Positions 30,982-40,109 of a DNA stretch of 40,732 nucleotides are shown here, piece by piece (the stretch's first letter is position 1; the number at the start of each line of letters is the position of its first letter). Made by a program: the position numbers and the translations under genes. This DNA is from a bacterium (GTDB taxonomy: Bacteria > Patescibacteriota > Minisyncoccia > Minisyncoccales > PEYH01), in contig JAGGVA010000023.1 of assembly GCA_021158195.1 (NCBI GenBank), positions 1-40,732 of the forward strand. Direction: 5' to 3'. The notes under the pieces were generated by a model. That model was not told the DNA's origin and made no database searches. It saw only the letters and a program-made list of their open reading frames with translations.

Positions 30982-32547
30982 ATGGAAATAGAGTTCTCAA
31001 AAGAGATAACTTATATAGGCGAAACTAACTTTAGGAATATAAGAAAGAAGTTTGGTATTAAACTTGATGATAGACGCAGGCATATTTATGTAATTGGTAA
31101 AACAGGTATGGGTAAGACCGCTCTTTTAACCAATATGGCGGTTCAAGATATCAATACAGATAGAGGCATTGCCTTTATAGATCCTCATGGAGAGGCAGCC
31201 GAAGAACTTTTGGATTATATTCCAAAAGAAAGAATAAAAGATGTCATCTATTTTAATCCTGCTGATCTGGAATTTCCTATAGGATTTAACATTATGGAGA
31301 TTCACAATCCCGAGGAAAGGCACTTAATAGCAGCAGGCCTGATGGGAGTTTTTAAAAAAATATGGCCAGATGTTTGGTCTGCCCGAATGGAATATATTTT
31401 GAACAACTGCATTCTTGCCTTATTGGAATATCCCGGCTCAACTCTTTTGGGTATAAACCGAATGCTTGCTGATCCTGACTACAGAAAAAAAGTTGTGAAT
31501 AAGGTGAAAGATCCGGTAGTAAAGGCGTTTTGGCTTCAGGAGTTCGCAAGATATACCCAAAGGTATGAAGTAGAAGCAACAGCAGCAATTCAGAATAAAG
31601 TTGGTCAGTTTGTTTCAAACCCTTTGATAAGAAATATTATTGGTCAGGAGAAATCCACTATTGATATAAGAAAGATAATGGATCAAGGTAAGATATTTAT
31701 TGTTAATCTTTCCAAAGGAAAAATAGGAGAGGCAAACTCAACACTTTTGGGGGCTTTAATTATTACCAAACTTTACCTTGAGGCAATGTCAAGAGTTGAT
31801 ATACCGGAAGAGAAAAGAAAAGATTTCTTTTTGTATGTTGATGAATTTCAGAATTTTGCCACAGAATCTTTTGCTAATATATTATCTGAGGCACGTAAAT
31901 ATCGGCTCTCTCTGGTTTTAGCCCATCAGTATATTGCCCAGATGGAGGAGAAAGTAAGAGATGCTGTTTTTGGCAATGTGGGAACTCTCATTTCTTTTCG
32001 CGTTGGAGCAGAGGACGCCAAGTTTTTAGAGAAAGAATTTTCTCCTTATTTTACCCAAGAAGATTTTGTCAATTTACCAAAGTATAATATTTATATAAAA
32101 TTAATGATAGATGGAGTGGCGGCAAAACCATTTTCTGCCCAAACGCTTCCTCCTTTTCCAAAGCCAGAAACTAATTTCCGTCAAGAAATTATTCAAACTT
32201 CTCAGAGGAACTATGGAGTTGCTAGGAATTTGGTAGAGGAAAGAATAGCAGAGTGGTCTTTGCCGGTCAAAGAAGAAATTAAAAGGAAGCCAAAGGATCG
32301 AGCAAAGAGAGAATCCGTTAAACCCATTTCTTTAAAAGAAGCGCTCAAGAACCCACCCATTTCCTTTTTTTCAAAAAGAAAAAATATACCCCCAGAGAAA
32401 AAGAAGAAAGCAGAGCCAAAAATTGATGAATTAAGAGAAATATTAGATAAGGCAATTCAGGAGAAAGAGAATAAGCAAAAAAAGAAAGAGGAAGATATAA
32501 AAGAGGACGGAATAATAAAACCTGGAGATAAAATTTCTTTTAAGTAA
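30982..32547 (+). CDS. FtsK/HerA-superfamily ATPase, TraD/VirD4 (type IV coupling protein)-like, no TM segment, Lys/Glu-rich C-terminal tail
   Basis: Walker A VIGKTGMGKTALL, IDPHGE, Walker B FFLYVDEFQNFAT, LVLAHQYIAQM (T4CP-like HQ motif). The tail contains KRKPKDRAKRE...KKKKAEPK...KQKKKEE. Confidence 0.7.
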   Translation: MEIEFSKEITYIGETNFRNIRKKFGIKLDDRRRHIYVIGKTGMGKTALLTNMAVQDINTDRGIAFIDPHGEAAEELLDYIPKERIKDVIYFNPADLEFPIGFNIMEIHNPEERHLIAAGLMGVFKKIWPDVWSARMEYILNNCILALLEYPGSTLLGINRMLADPDYRKKVVNKVKDPVVKAFWLQEFARYTQRYEVEATAAIQNKVGQFVSNPLIRNIIGQEKSTIDIRKIMDQGKIFIVNLSKGKIGEANSTLLGALIITKLYLEAMSRVDIPEEKRKDFFLYVDEFQNFATESFANILSEARKYRLSLVLAHQYIAQMEEKVRDAVFGNVGTLISFRVGAEDAKFLEKEFSPYFTQEDFVNLPKYNIYIKLMIDGVAAKPFSAQTLPPFPKPETNFRQEIIQTSQRNYGVARNLVEERIAEWSLPVKEEIKRKPKDRAKRESVKPISLKEALKNPPISFFSKRKNIPPEKKKKAEPKIDELREILDKAIQEKENKQKKKEEDIKEDGIIKPGDKISFK

Positions 32548-32560
32548 AATTAATAAATTT

Positions 32561-33736
32561 ATGAAAACAATAAAACAAGCAGATATTAAAAATAAAAGAA
32601 TACTTTTAAGATGCGATTTTAATGTAGAGATTAAAAATGGAAAGATTGTTGACGATTTTAGAATTAGAAAAGCCCTTCCTACTATTAAATATCTTTTAGA
32701 AAACAACAATCAAATAGTAATTATTAGTCATTTAGATAGGCCCAAACCAAAAAGATCTTTTCTTTTTGGAGATCGAAAACACAGTTTAAAACCAGTTGCT
32801 AAAAGATTGTCAGAACTTTTGCAGACAAGAGTAGAATTTATTAATGATTTTAATGGTTTTTTTGCAAAAAGAAAATTAAAAAAATTTGTTCCCAAGCGAA
32901 TATTCTTTCTTGAAAATATCAGATTTTATCAGGGAGAGGAGAAAAATGATGAGAAATTTGCTCAAATGCTTGCAGAACTTGGAGATGTTTATGTAAATGA
33001 TGCCTTTGGGGCTTCGCATAGAGAACATGCCTCAATTGTCTCTTTGCCGAAACTCAAACCATCTTTTGCCGGACTTTTATTTGAAGAGGAAATAGTTAAT
33101 TTGTCTCCCCTTATCAAAAATCCTCAAAGACCTCTTGTGTTAGTGCTGGGCGGAGCAAAAGCCAAGACAAAAATTCCCTTGATTGGAGAATTACTTAAAC
33201 TGGTCGATCATATTTTAATCGGAGGTAAAATTGCCAATATAATTCTGGCGGGTAAAGGATATTCTGTTGGAAAATTTATTATGGATCCCCAAATCAAAGA
33301 GGCAATTTCAGAGATTAATCTTACAAGCCCAAAAGTGCATTTGCCGGTTGATGGAGTGGTAAGCCTTAAGGAAATAGATAAAGAATATATTCATATTGCG
33401 GCTATGGGCAAGATAAGAAGAGAAGAAGAATGTTTTGATATTGGTCCGGAAACAGTGGGAATTTTTTCCGAAATTTTGAAAGAAGCAAAAACAGTAGTAT
33501 GGAATGGGCCCCTGGGACTTGTTGAAGAAAAAGAATTTCAAGAAGGATCCAAAAGAATTGCTCAAGCAATTATAAGAGATGGCTCCAAATCAATTATCGG
33601 TGGGGGAGACACAATTAAATTTTTAGATGAACAGAAGTGGTTAGACTATTTTGACTTTGTTTCAACGGGGGGCGGGGCAATGCTGGAATATCTTGCTTAT
33701 AAAACCCTTCCGGGAATAGAAGCCCTTAATAAATAA
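32561..33736 (+). CDS. pgk: Phosphoglycerate kinase
   Basis: RCDFNVEIKNGKIVDDFRIRKALPTIKYLL, ISHLDRPK, AFGASHREHAS, STGGGAMLEYL. Confidence 0.95.
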   Translation: MKTIKQADIKNKRILLRCDFNVEIKNGKIVDDFRIRKALPTIKYLLENNNQIVIISHLDRPKPKRSFLFGDRKHSLKPVAKRLSELLQTRVEFINDFNGFFAKRKLKKFVPKRIFFLENIRFYQGEEKNDEKFAQMLAELGDVYVNDAFGASHREHASIVSLPKLKPSFAGLLFEEEIVNLSPLIKNPQRPLVLVLGGAKAKTKIPLIGELLKLVDHILIGGKIANIILAGKGYSVGKFIMDPQIKEAISEINLTSPKVHLPVDGVVSLKEIDKEYIHIAAMGKIRREEECFDIGPETVGIFSEILKEAKTVVWNGPLGLVEEKEFQEGSKRIAQAIIRDGSKSIIGGGDTIKFLDEQKWLDYFDFVSTGGGAMLEYLAYKTLPGIEALNK

Positions 33737-33748
33737 TTTAGATATTTT

Positions 33749-34921
33749 GTGGAAAAGTTGTTGAAGGGAACAAAAAAATTATCTCAAATTATTACTAATG
33801 CCTCTCAAAATGATGAGAGATTTATTCTTTATGGAGATGCGGATTTAGATGGAATTGCTTCTGTAATTATTTTTAAGGAAATGCTGGAGATATTGAATCA
33901 AGATTACAAGACAAAAAATGAACCAATAGTTTATTTTCCTGACAGAGAAAAGGATGGTTATGGTATTACCTCTACTGCTATTAAAAAATTAAAAAAGTTT
34001 TCTCCGGCAGTTTTTGTAGCCCTTGATTGTGGGATAACGAATTTTGATGAGGTAAAAGAACTAAAAAAACAAGGTTTTCTGGTCGTTATCATAGATCATC
34101 ACAAAATAATAGGAAAATTACCTAAAGCAGAGGTGATTGTTGATCCAAAACAAAAAGGAGAAAAGTATCCTTTCAAAAAATTTAGCGCCGCAGGTGTTAC
34201 GTATAAAATCTCAAAATATATTTTGGAGAGTAACTATTTAGAGTGGTCTCCGGACTCATTTTTAGAACTTGTCGCTTTAGCCACTTTGGCAGACCAAATG
34301 CCCCAAGAAGAAGAAAATAAAGAACTTATTCAGCAGGGATTAATGGCGTTTAAATACACCAAGCGGACTGGACTTTTGGCTTTAAAAGAAGTTACCGGTT
34401 ACAAGGAAGATTTGATGTCAGATTTATATCAGAAAATTATTGCCCCACTTAACAGTTCTGACAGAATAAACGATTTAACAGAAAGTTATATTTTACTTAC
34501 TACTAAGTCAAAGAAACAAGCACAAGCAATTGCTAAAGATCTGTATCGCAAAAGTATCGAAAAGAAAGAAAAAATTCAAAAAATGTTTGAGGAGGTGGAG
34601 CGAAGAATCAGCGGGAACGAAGTTATTATATATGAGGGCGACAAGAATTGGTTAACAGTAATGATGGGAATAGTTGCTTCAAAAATATGCCAGAAATATA
34701 AAAAACCTACTTTTCTTTTTAAATATACAAAAGATGAAGCAATATGTTCGGCAAGATTGCCAAAAGGATTTGACGGAGTAAAAGCAATGCAGCACTGCCA
34801 AGATCTATTAATTTCTTTTGGAGGCCATGCTCCTGCCTGTGGATGCAGATTAAAAAAGGAAAATTTAGAAAAATTTAAAAGTTGTCTTGTAAATTATTTT
34901 TTAAAAAAACAAAATGAATAA
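33749..34921 (+). CDS. DHH/DHHA1 phosphoesterase (RecJ-like or NrnA-like nuclease)
   Basis: YGDADLDGIAS, ALDCG, VIIDHHK, FGGHAPACG (DHHA1). GTG start. At 390 aa it is shorter than canonical RecJ. Confidence 0.7.
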   Translation: MEKLLKGTKKLSQIITNASQNDERFILYGDADLDGIASVIIFKEMLEILNQDYKTKNEPIVYFPDREKDGYGITSTAIKKLKKFSPAVFVALDCGITNFDEVKELKKQGFLVVIIDHHKIIGKLPKAEVIVDPKQKGEKYPFKKFSAAGVTYKISKYILESNYLEWSPDSFLELVALATLADQMPQEEENKELIQQGLMAFKYTKRTGLLALKEVTGYKEDLMSDLYQKIIAPLNSSDRINDLTESYILLTTKSKKQAQAIAKDLYRKSIEKKEKIQKMFEEVERRISGNEVIIYEGDKNWLTVMMGIVASKICQKYKKPTFLFKYTKDEAICSARLPKGFDGVKAMQHCQDLLISFGGHAPACGCRLKKENLEKFKSCLVNYFLKKQNE

Positions 34922-35324
34922 ATTTATTATTTACACAGATGGAGCCTCAAAAGGAAACCCCGGACCTGCAGCAGTGGGAGTGATAATTTGCGATAAAAAT
35001 GGCAAAGTTTTGAAAGAATATAGCAAGGAGATAGGGGAAGCGACGAACAATGAAGCAGAATATCAGGCAGTTATCCTCGCGCTCAAAAAGATAAAACTTC
35101 TTTATGGAAAGAAAAGGGCAAAAGAGAGCGAACTTGAGGTAAGATCAGATTCTCAACTTCTAGTATCTCAACTCAATGGAAAATATAAAATTTTAGATGA
35201 GAAGATTCAAAAATTATTTATTGAAGTTTGGAATCTTCAGACAGAATTTAAAAAAGTTGTCTTTAAACTAATTCCCAGAGGCGAAAACAAACTTGCAGAT
35301 AGGGCCGCTAATAGAGCTTTTTAA
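34914..35324 (+). CDS. rnhA: Ribonuclease HI
   Basis: IYTDGASKGNPGPAAVGVII, TNNEAEYQAVILAL, RSDSQLLVSQLNGKYK, NKLADRAAN. 8-nt overlap with the upstream gene. Confidence 0.85.
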   Translation: MNKFIIYTDGASKGNPGPAAVGVIICDKNGKVLKEYSKEIGEATNNEAEYQAVILALKKIKLLYGKKRAKESELEVRSDSQLLVSQLNGKYKILDEKIQKLFIEVWNLQTEFKKVVFKLIPRGENKLADRAANRAF

Positions 35325-35373
35325 TTGGATGATACCCTTGGATTAAATTCACTCTAAAATTTACTCCACCAAA

Positions 35374-35413
35374 CCGCTGTAATAACATTGCCATGGCAAT
35401 CTTATTACAGCGG
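35374..35413. repeat. 40-nt palindromic repeat, copy 4
   Basis: CCGCTGTAATAACATTGCCATGGCAATCTTATTACAGCGG, preceded by ccaccaaa (roughly the reverse complement of the tttggtt flank of copies 2 and 3). Confidence 0.9.
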
Positions 35414-35485
35414 GGATGTTTGATTTTTTGAAATTTTGTGTTAAATTTATGGGAGCAAATTGAACCTTTAAAATAAAAAGGAGGG

Positions 35486-36103
35486 ATGGAAATGGAGGAG
35501 TATGATTTAGAGAAATTTCAGAGACAGGTATTGGCTAAATGGACAGAGGGATTAGAACAGGAAGAAATTATTATAGTGAAAAATCATGATCTTGAAATAG
35601 CACAAGAAATAGTAGGTAATCAGAGATGGGACGATATTTTAAACAAGATAGAAGAGGGATCACCCACATTTTTTGATGTTATGGTTAGCGAAGTTACCGA
35701 GGCGGCACGAATTATCAGTACCGGAGCGCCGAACAATTGCTGTGCCAATATTATTAGCCAAAGAGCAACGGATGATGTAGGTGTTATTCTTGCTTTACTG
35801 TTTCTTCCGGTTTATCTTGCTAATAATTATAAATGGCCTACAATCGGAACTGGTTCTCAACCATTGGATTATTACAAGACAAGGATAGAGAAAGCATACA
35901 AGTGGAGATTCGGAGTTCTTATGAAACACTTTGAAGAAGAAACAGTTGAGGCTTTGGGTAAGAAATATTTTCGGATGATAAAAGATCTTATATATAATTT
36001 GAAGTTGCACCCTATTCTAATAGAAGTTGTTGCTAAGATGGCGCTTCTTTTCTTTCATTTTGTAAAAGTTAGAGCCGATACAGAACTTTTTATGTCAAGA
36101 TAA
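35486..36103 (+). CDS. Hypothetical protein (no recognisable family)
   Basis: 205-aa ORF with a strong SD (aaaaggagggATGG) and a strong downstream terminator. Confidence 0.55.
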   Translation: MEMEEYDLEKFQRQVLAKWTEGLEQEEIIIVKNHDLEIAQEIVGNQRWDDILNKIEEGSPTFFDVMVSEVTEAARIISTGAPNNCCANIISQRATDDVGVILALLFLPVYLANNYKWPTIGTGSQPLDYYKTRIEKAYKWRFGVLMKHFEEETVEALGKKYFRMIKDLIYNLKLHPILIEVVAKMALLFFHFVKVRADTELFMSR

Positions 36104-36110
36104 AATTCAA

Positions 36111-36145
36111 GGGCAGTCCTTTACAAAGGACTGCCCTTTCTTATT
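36111..36145. terminator. Hairpin terminator between the convergent 205-aa ORF and rnpB (potentially bidirectional)
   Basis: gggcagtcctt..aaggactgccc (36111-36136), followed by tttcttatt on the + strand. Confidence 0.7.
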
Positions 36146-36152
36146 AAAAACT

Positions 36153-36560
36153 AAAAGCCCAAGCAGACAATAGGCCGAATTCTGTACTCTTCATTTGAGA
36201 ATTTCTCAAATGAAGAGTGGCAATCATTTATCTGAGCCCTCGATTACTCTCGGGCTTATGCGGGCTACCTTTCCCCGCAGAAAACAAGTTTTCTGTGGGG
36301 TTTGCCCTTGCACCCGGGCAGGGATTTAGCCGTTTCACTCCCGGAATTTCTCCCGGGACTCACCCAATTTGGGTGTTCCTCGCCTCTCGGCTTGGAACGT
36401 CTCTGTTCGCACCCCTACGGTTACCCGCGACGGGTGTTACCCGCTGCCCTTTTACCCCGCACAAAACAAAGTTTCTGCGAGGTGAGTGTTCGGACCTTCC
36501 TCTGCCAATTTTGCCTAACGGCAAAATTGGCAGCGATTGCCTTGCCTACTTGGGCTTTTC
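36153..36560 (-). ncRNA. rnpB: RNase P RNA, bacterial type A
   Basis: The reverse complement reads AAGCCCAAGUAGGCAAGG...GCUGCCAAUUUUGCC-GUUA-GGCAAAAUUGGCAG-AGGAAGGUCCGAACAC (CR-I GAGGAAAGUCCG-like) ... ACAGAAUUCGGCCUAU (CR-V ACAGAA.CCGGCUUA-like) ... UGUCUGCUUGGGCUU (closing P1). A GC-rich island in AT-rich DNA. Confidence 0.9.
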
Positions 36561-36606
36561 CTTAAAGTTTATAACAAAAATTGGTGTTTGTCAAATTTAG
36601 ATTATC

Positions 36607-36635
36607 TTGTCTCTTATAAGGTTTTATCTTACAAT
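36607..36635 (+). promoter_or_regulatory. Promoter of murJ (TTGTCT-17-TACAAT), ATG 7 nt after the -10 box (leaderless candidate)
   Basis: TTGTCT at 36607-36612, TACAAT at 36630-36635, ATG at 36643, no SD. Confidence 0.45.
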
Positions 36636-36642
36636 AAAATCG

Positions 36643-38271
36643 ATGATAAAACGAATTTTTCATTTTGAATCTAAAACAATTGATTCTGCCGCCCTGATTC
36701 TTTTTTTATCTGCTCTAAGTAGCAGAATTCTTGGTCTTGTTAGAGATGGACTTTTAGCAGGATATTTTGGCGGAGGCAGAGAATTAGATATTTACTTTGC
36801 TGCTTTCAGAATACCTGATTTTCTTTATAACATTTTTATTGGCGGAGGCGTTGCCTTGGTTTTTTTGCCTCTCTTTGCTCAGTATTATGTTAAAGACAGA
36901 GAGAAGGCTTGGGAGATATCAAATTTAATTCTTAATATTTTTCTTAGTTTTCTTTTCCTTTGCGCTATTGTTGCTTTTATTCTGGCTCCATATTTGTCAA
37001 AACTAGTTGCGCCAGGGTTCAATCAAGCAGAGAGATCGTTGCTAGTTTGTCTTATGAGAATTCTTCTTTTAAGCCCTATTTTTTTTGGAGCAGCAAGTTT
37101 ATTTGGTAGTATTGTTCAATATTTTAATAGGTTTTTAGTTTATTCTATTGCTCCCTTAATTTATAATTTATCCATTATTTTATCAATTGTCTTTTTCTCA
37201 GAACGGTTTGGGGTAATTGGGGTGAGTTGGGGGGTAATAATCGGTGCCTTCTTATATTTTCTTTTGCAATTTGTTGCCGCCAAGATGTGTGGTTTTCGAT
37301 GGAGAGGAATATTTAATTTTCGTTCAAAGGTAATTAAAAAAACAATTCTTCTAATTATCCCAAGGATGGTTGCTTCTGCTGCCCAACAAATTAATCTTAT
37401 TGTTGTAACAGCAATTGCTTCAACTCTTTCTAAGGGTAGCATTGCTGTTTTTACTTTTGCTAATAATCTTCAGTATATTCCCGTAGGATTAATTGGTACC
37501 CCGTTTGCTTTAGCAGCATTCCCTCAGTTTTCTAAATTAATTAGTTCGAATAATTATCACGATTTTAAAGAAAAACTTTGCAATACAATTTCAAAAATCC
37601 TCTTTTTTGTGGTGCCATTCTCGGTAATGTTATTTGTATTGAGGGCGCAACTAGTGCGCCTAGTTTTAGGAACACTCGGCGCTCAGAGGTTTGACTGGGT
37701 AGCAACTCGACTTACAGCAGCCTCTTTAGGGGCTTTTTGTTTTGGAATTTTTGCCGTCTCGCTAATTCCTTTATTGGCAAGAGCATTTTTCTCTTTACAA
37801 GACACAAAAACCCCGGCAATTGTTTCGGTTGTGACCGTTATCATTAACATATTATTGGCATTTCTTTTTATTTACTTTATTCAAAATATATCAGCGGTTA
37901 GAGAAATATTTGTGAAGGTTTTTGATCTAGAAGGAATAAAAAATATTGACGTTGTAGGATTGCCTATGGCTTTTTCCTTGGCTTCTATTTTTCAAGCATT
38001 TTCTTTGATTTTTCTTTTAGTAAAAAAGATAGGAGATTTTGGCTTGAAAAAAATAATCGGTTCAACAAAAAGAATTGCTTTTGCTTCATTTTTAATGGGG
38101 TTTAACACTTATTTTTTTCTTAGAGTATTTGAATTTTTTAATAATAAAACAGTGGAGGGATTGTTGGCTCAAACGGTTTTGGCAGCAGCAATTGGGGTAT
38201 CAATTTATCTTTTTCTGGCTTGGTTTATGAAGTTTCCAGAGTTGAGAGATTTTATTCCTCATAAAAGATGA
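36643..38271 (+). CDS. murJ: Lipid II flippase MurJ (MviN)
   Basis: SRILGLVRDGLLAGYFGGGRELDIYFAAFRIPDFLYNIF, 14-TM-like profile. The ORF track start TTG at 36607 is more likely the -35 box, so the ATG at 36643 is preferred. Confidence 0.88.
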   Translation: MIKRIFHFESKTIDSAALILFLSALSSRILGLVRDGLLAGYFGGGRELDIYFAAFRIPDFLYNIFIGGGVALVFLPLFAQYYVKDREKAWEISNLILNIFLSFLFLCAIVAFILAPYLSKLVAPGFNQAERSLLVCLMRILLLSPIFFGAASLFGSIVQYFNRFLVYSIAPLIYNLSIILSIVFFSERFGVIGVSWGVIIGAFLYFLLQFVAAKMCGFRWRGIFNFRSKVIKKTILLIIPRMVASAAQQINLIVVTAIASTLSKGSIAVFTFANNLQYIPVGLIGTPFALAAFPQFSKLISSNNYHDFKEKLCNTISKILFFVVPFSVMLFVLRAQLVRLVLGTLGAQRFDWVATRLTAASLGAFCFGIFAVSLIPLLARAFFSLQDTKTPAIVSVVTVIINILLAFLFIYFIQNISAVREIFVKVFDLEGIKNIDVVGLPMAFSLASIFQAFSLIFLLVKKIGDFGLKKIIGSTKRIAFASFLMGFNTYFFLRVFEFFNNKTVEGLLAQTVLAAAIGVSIYLFLAWFMKFPELRDFIPHKR

Positions 38272-40079
38272 AAGAAACAATTAGAAATTTCGCCATTATT
38301 GCTCATATTGATCATGGAAAGTCGACTTTAGCCGACCGCTTTTTAGAATTAACAGGCACGGTGAAAAAAGAAAAAATGCAGCCACAGTTCTTGGATAGAA
38401 TGGATTTGGAAAGGGAAAGAGGAATAACTATTAAAATGCAACCTGTAAGGATGGTTTGGAGAATACCCCAACATTTGAAATCCGAACTCTCGTTAGATTC
38501 GTATATTCTAAATTTGATTGATACCCCAGGGCATGTAGATTTTAATTATGAGGTTTCAAGAAGTTTGGCGGCTATTGAAGGAGTTATTTTGTTAGTAGAT
38601 GCCACAAAGGGAATACAAGCACAAACAATCGCGAACTTAGAGTTAGCAAAAGAGCAGAATTTGGTCATTGTTCCTGCGGTTAATAAGATAGATCTTCCTC
38701 AGGCAAGAGTAGAGGAAGTAATATTAGAGACATCAGAATTGATAGATACTCCTTTTAAAGAAGTTATACCTATTTCTGCAAAAACAGGGGAGAATGTAGA
38801 AAAGTTGTTAGTTGAGGTTGTAAAAAGAATTCCTTCTCCTCAAGGCGAGGAAGAAAAACAACTAAAATGCTTGATTTTTGACTCAAATTACAATAGTTAT
38901 TTAGGGGCAGTTGCTTTTGTTAGAGTTTTCGACGGAAAGATTACCCCTGGTCAGGAAGTTTATCTTTATCAGGCAAAAAAACTGACAAAGGTAAAAGAGG
39001 TTGGATATTTCAACCCCGAGTTTTTTCCTGTAAAAGAACTTAAGGCAGGAGAGATAGGATATATTGCTTTGGGCATTAAAGACCCAGCATTGATAAGGAT
39101 AGGCGATACTATTACGGTTTTAGAAAAGGGCAAGTTAAACATCAAACCCTTTAAAGGGTATCGTGAGCCAAAACCAGTTGTTTTTACTAGTATTTACCCG
39201 AAAGATCCTAACGAGTGGAATCTTCTAAAAGAGGCGCTTTTAAAATTAAAACTTAACGACTCATCTTTGTATTTTGAGCCGGAAACAAAGTCTTTTTTAG
39301 GAAAAGGGTTTAAGTGCGGTTTTCTGGGGCTTTTACACGCAGAGATTGTTACCGAAAGATTAAAAAGAGAATATGGAATTAATTTATTGGTTTCCTCGCC
39401 TTCAGTATCTTATAAAATAATCCTTACCGATGGCAAAGAGATAATAATTCATTCCCCTAAAGATTGGCCTGATCCGGTTAAAATCAAAGAAACACAAGAA
39501 CAGTATGCCGAGATTAAAATTATTACTCCTACCAGATATCTAAACCCTGTGTTAAAAATTTTACCCACGAAAGATTATAAGTTAGAAAATATAGGTACAG
39601 AGAAACTTATAATTTCTGTGAATTTGCCCCTAAGAATAATTATTGAAGGTTTTTACGATAAATTAAAAAGTGTAACCCAAGGGTTTGCTTCAATGGATTA
39701 TAGAATTATTGGCTGGAAAAAAGCCGATTTGGTAAAGTTAGAAATTTTGATTGCTAAGAAAAACCAAGAAGCGCTTTCGAAAATTGTTCCCAAAGATAAA
39801 GCCCAAGAAGAAGGAAAGAAAATTTTGGAAAAATTATACAAAGTTTTACCTCCTCAAATGTTTGATTTGGCGCTTCAGGCAAAAGTAGGAGGTCGGATTA
39901 TAGCCAGAAAGACAATAAGAGCAAGAAGAAAAGATGTAATAGCGCCTTTGTATGGGGGTGATGTTACCCGAAAAATGAAGTTATTAGAAAAGCAAAAAAG
40001 AGGAAAAAAGAAGTTGCAAGAAAAAGGGCAATTTTCTATCCCTGCAGAGGTTTTCTGGAAAGTATTTAGGCAAGATTGA
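38268..40079 (+). CDS. lepA: Elongation factor 4 (LepA)
   Basis: IRNFAIIAHIDHGKSTLADRFLELTG, LIDTPGHVDF, NKIDLP, and the LepA C-terminal domain (GGDVTRKMKLLEKQKRGKKK). ATGA overlap with the murJ stop. Confidence 0.96.
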   Translation: MKETIRNFAIIAHIDHGKSTLADRFLELTGTVKKEKMQPQFLDRMDLERERGITIKMQPVRMVWRIPQHLKSELSLDSYILNLIDTPGHVDFNYEVSRSLAAIEGVILLVDATKGIQAQTIANLELAKEQNLVIVPAVNKIDLPQARVEEVILETSELIDTPFKEVIPISAKTGENVEKLLVEVVKRIPSPQGEEEKQLKCLIFDSNYNSYLGAVAFVRVFDGKITPGQEVYLYQAKKLTKVKEVGYFNPEFFPVKELKAGEIGYIALGIKDPALIRIGDTITVLEKGKLNIKPFKGYREPKPVVFTSIYPKDPNEWNLLKEALLKLKLNDSSLYFEPETKSFLGKGFKCGFLGLLHAEIVTERLKREYGINLLVSSPSVSYKIILTDGKEIIIHSPKDWPDPVKIKETQEQYAEIKIITPTRYLNPVLKILPTKDYKLENIGTEKLIISVNLPLRIIIEGFYDKLKSVTQGFASMDYRIIGWKKADLVKLEILIAKKNQEALSKIVPKDKAQEEGKKILEKLYKVLPPQMFDLALQAKVGGRIIARKTIRARRKDVIAPLYGGDVTRKMKLLEKQKRGKKKLQEKGQFSIPAEVFWKVFRQD

Positions 40080-40109
40080 GATTCTTGAAAAGTAATATAA
40101 AAAACTTTA

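Noticed and set aside
36217-36600. Two overlapping + strand ORFs (127 aa at 36217-36600 and 87 aa at 36302-36565) rich in Pro/Gly/Leu
   Set aside because: They lie entirely antisense to the RNase P RNA gene. The open frames are a by-product of the GC-rich structured RNA. No start context is present and the composition is low-complexity.
593-40079. Numerous 60-117-aa ORFs nested antisense or out of frame inside long, well-supported CDSs. Examples: 593-784, 3803-4135, 5875-6150, 6242-6472, 9154-9363, 10076-10303, 16578-16781, 21606-21926, 27280-27591, 27705-28058, 30277-30555, 31352-31618, 32443-32709, 33308-33565, 37161-37442
   Set aside because: Each is fully contained in a gene with clear family motifs on the other strand or frame. 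They are typical AT-rich shadow ORFs. For 21606-21926, the sequence mirrors the poly-Lys tail of MurB.
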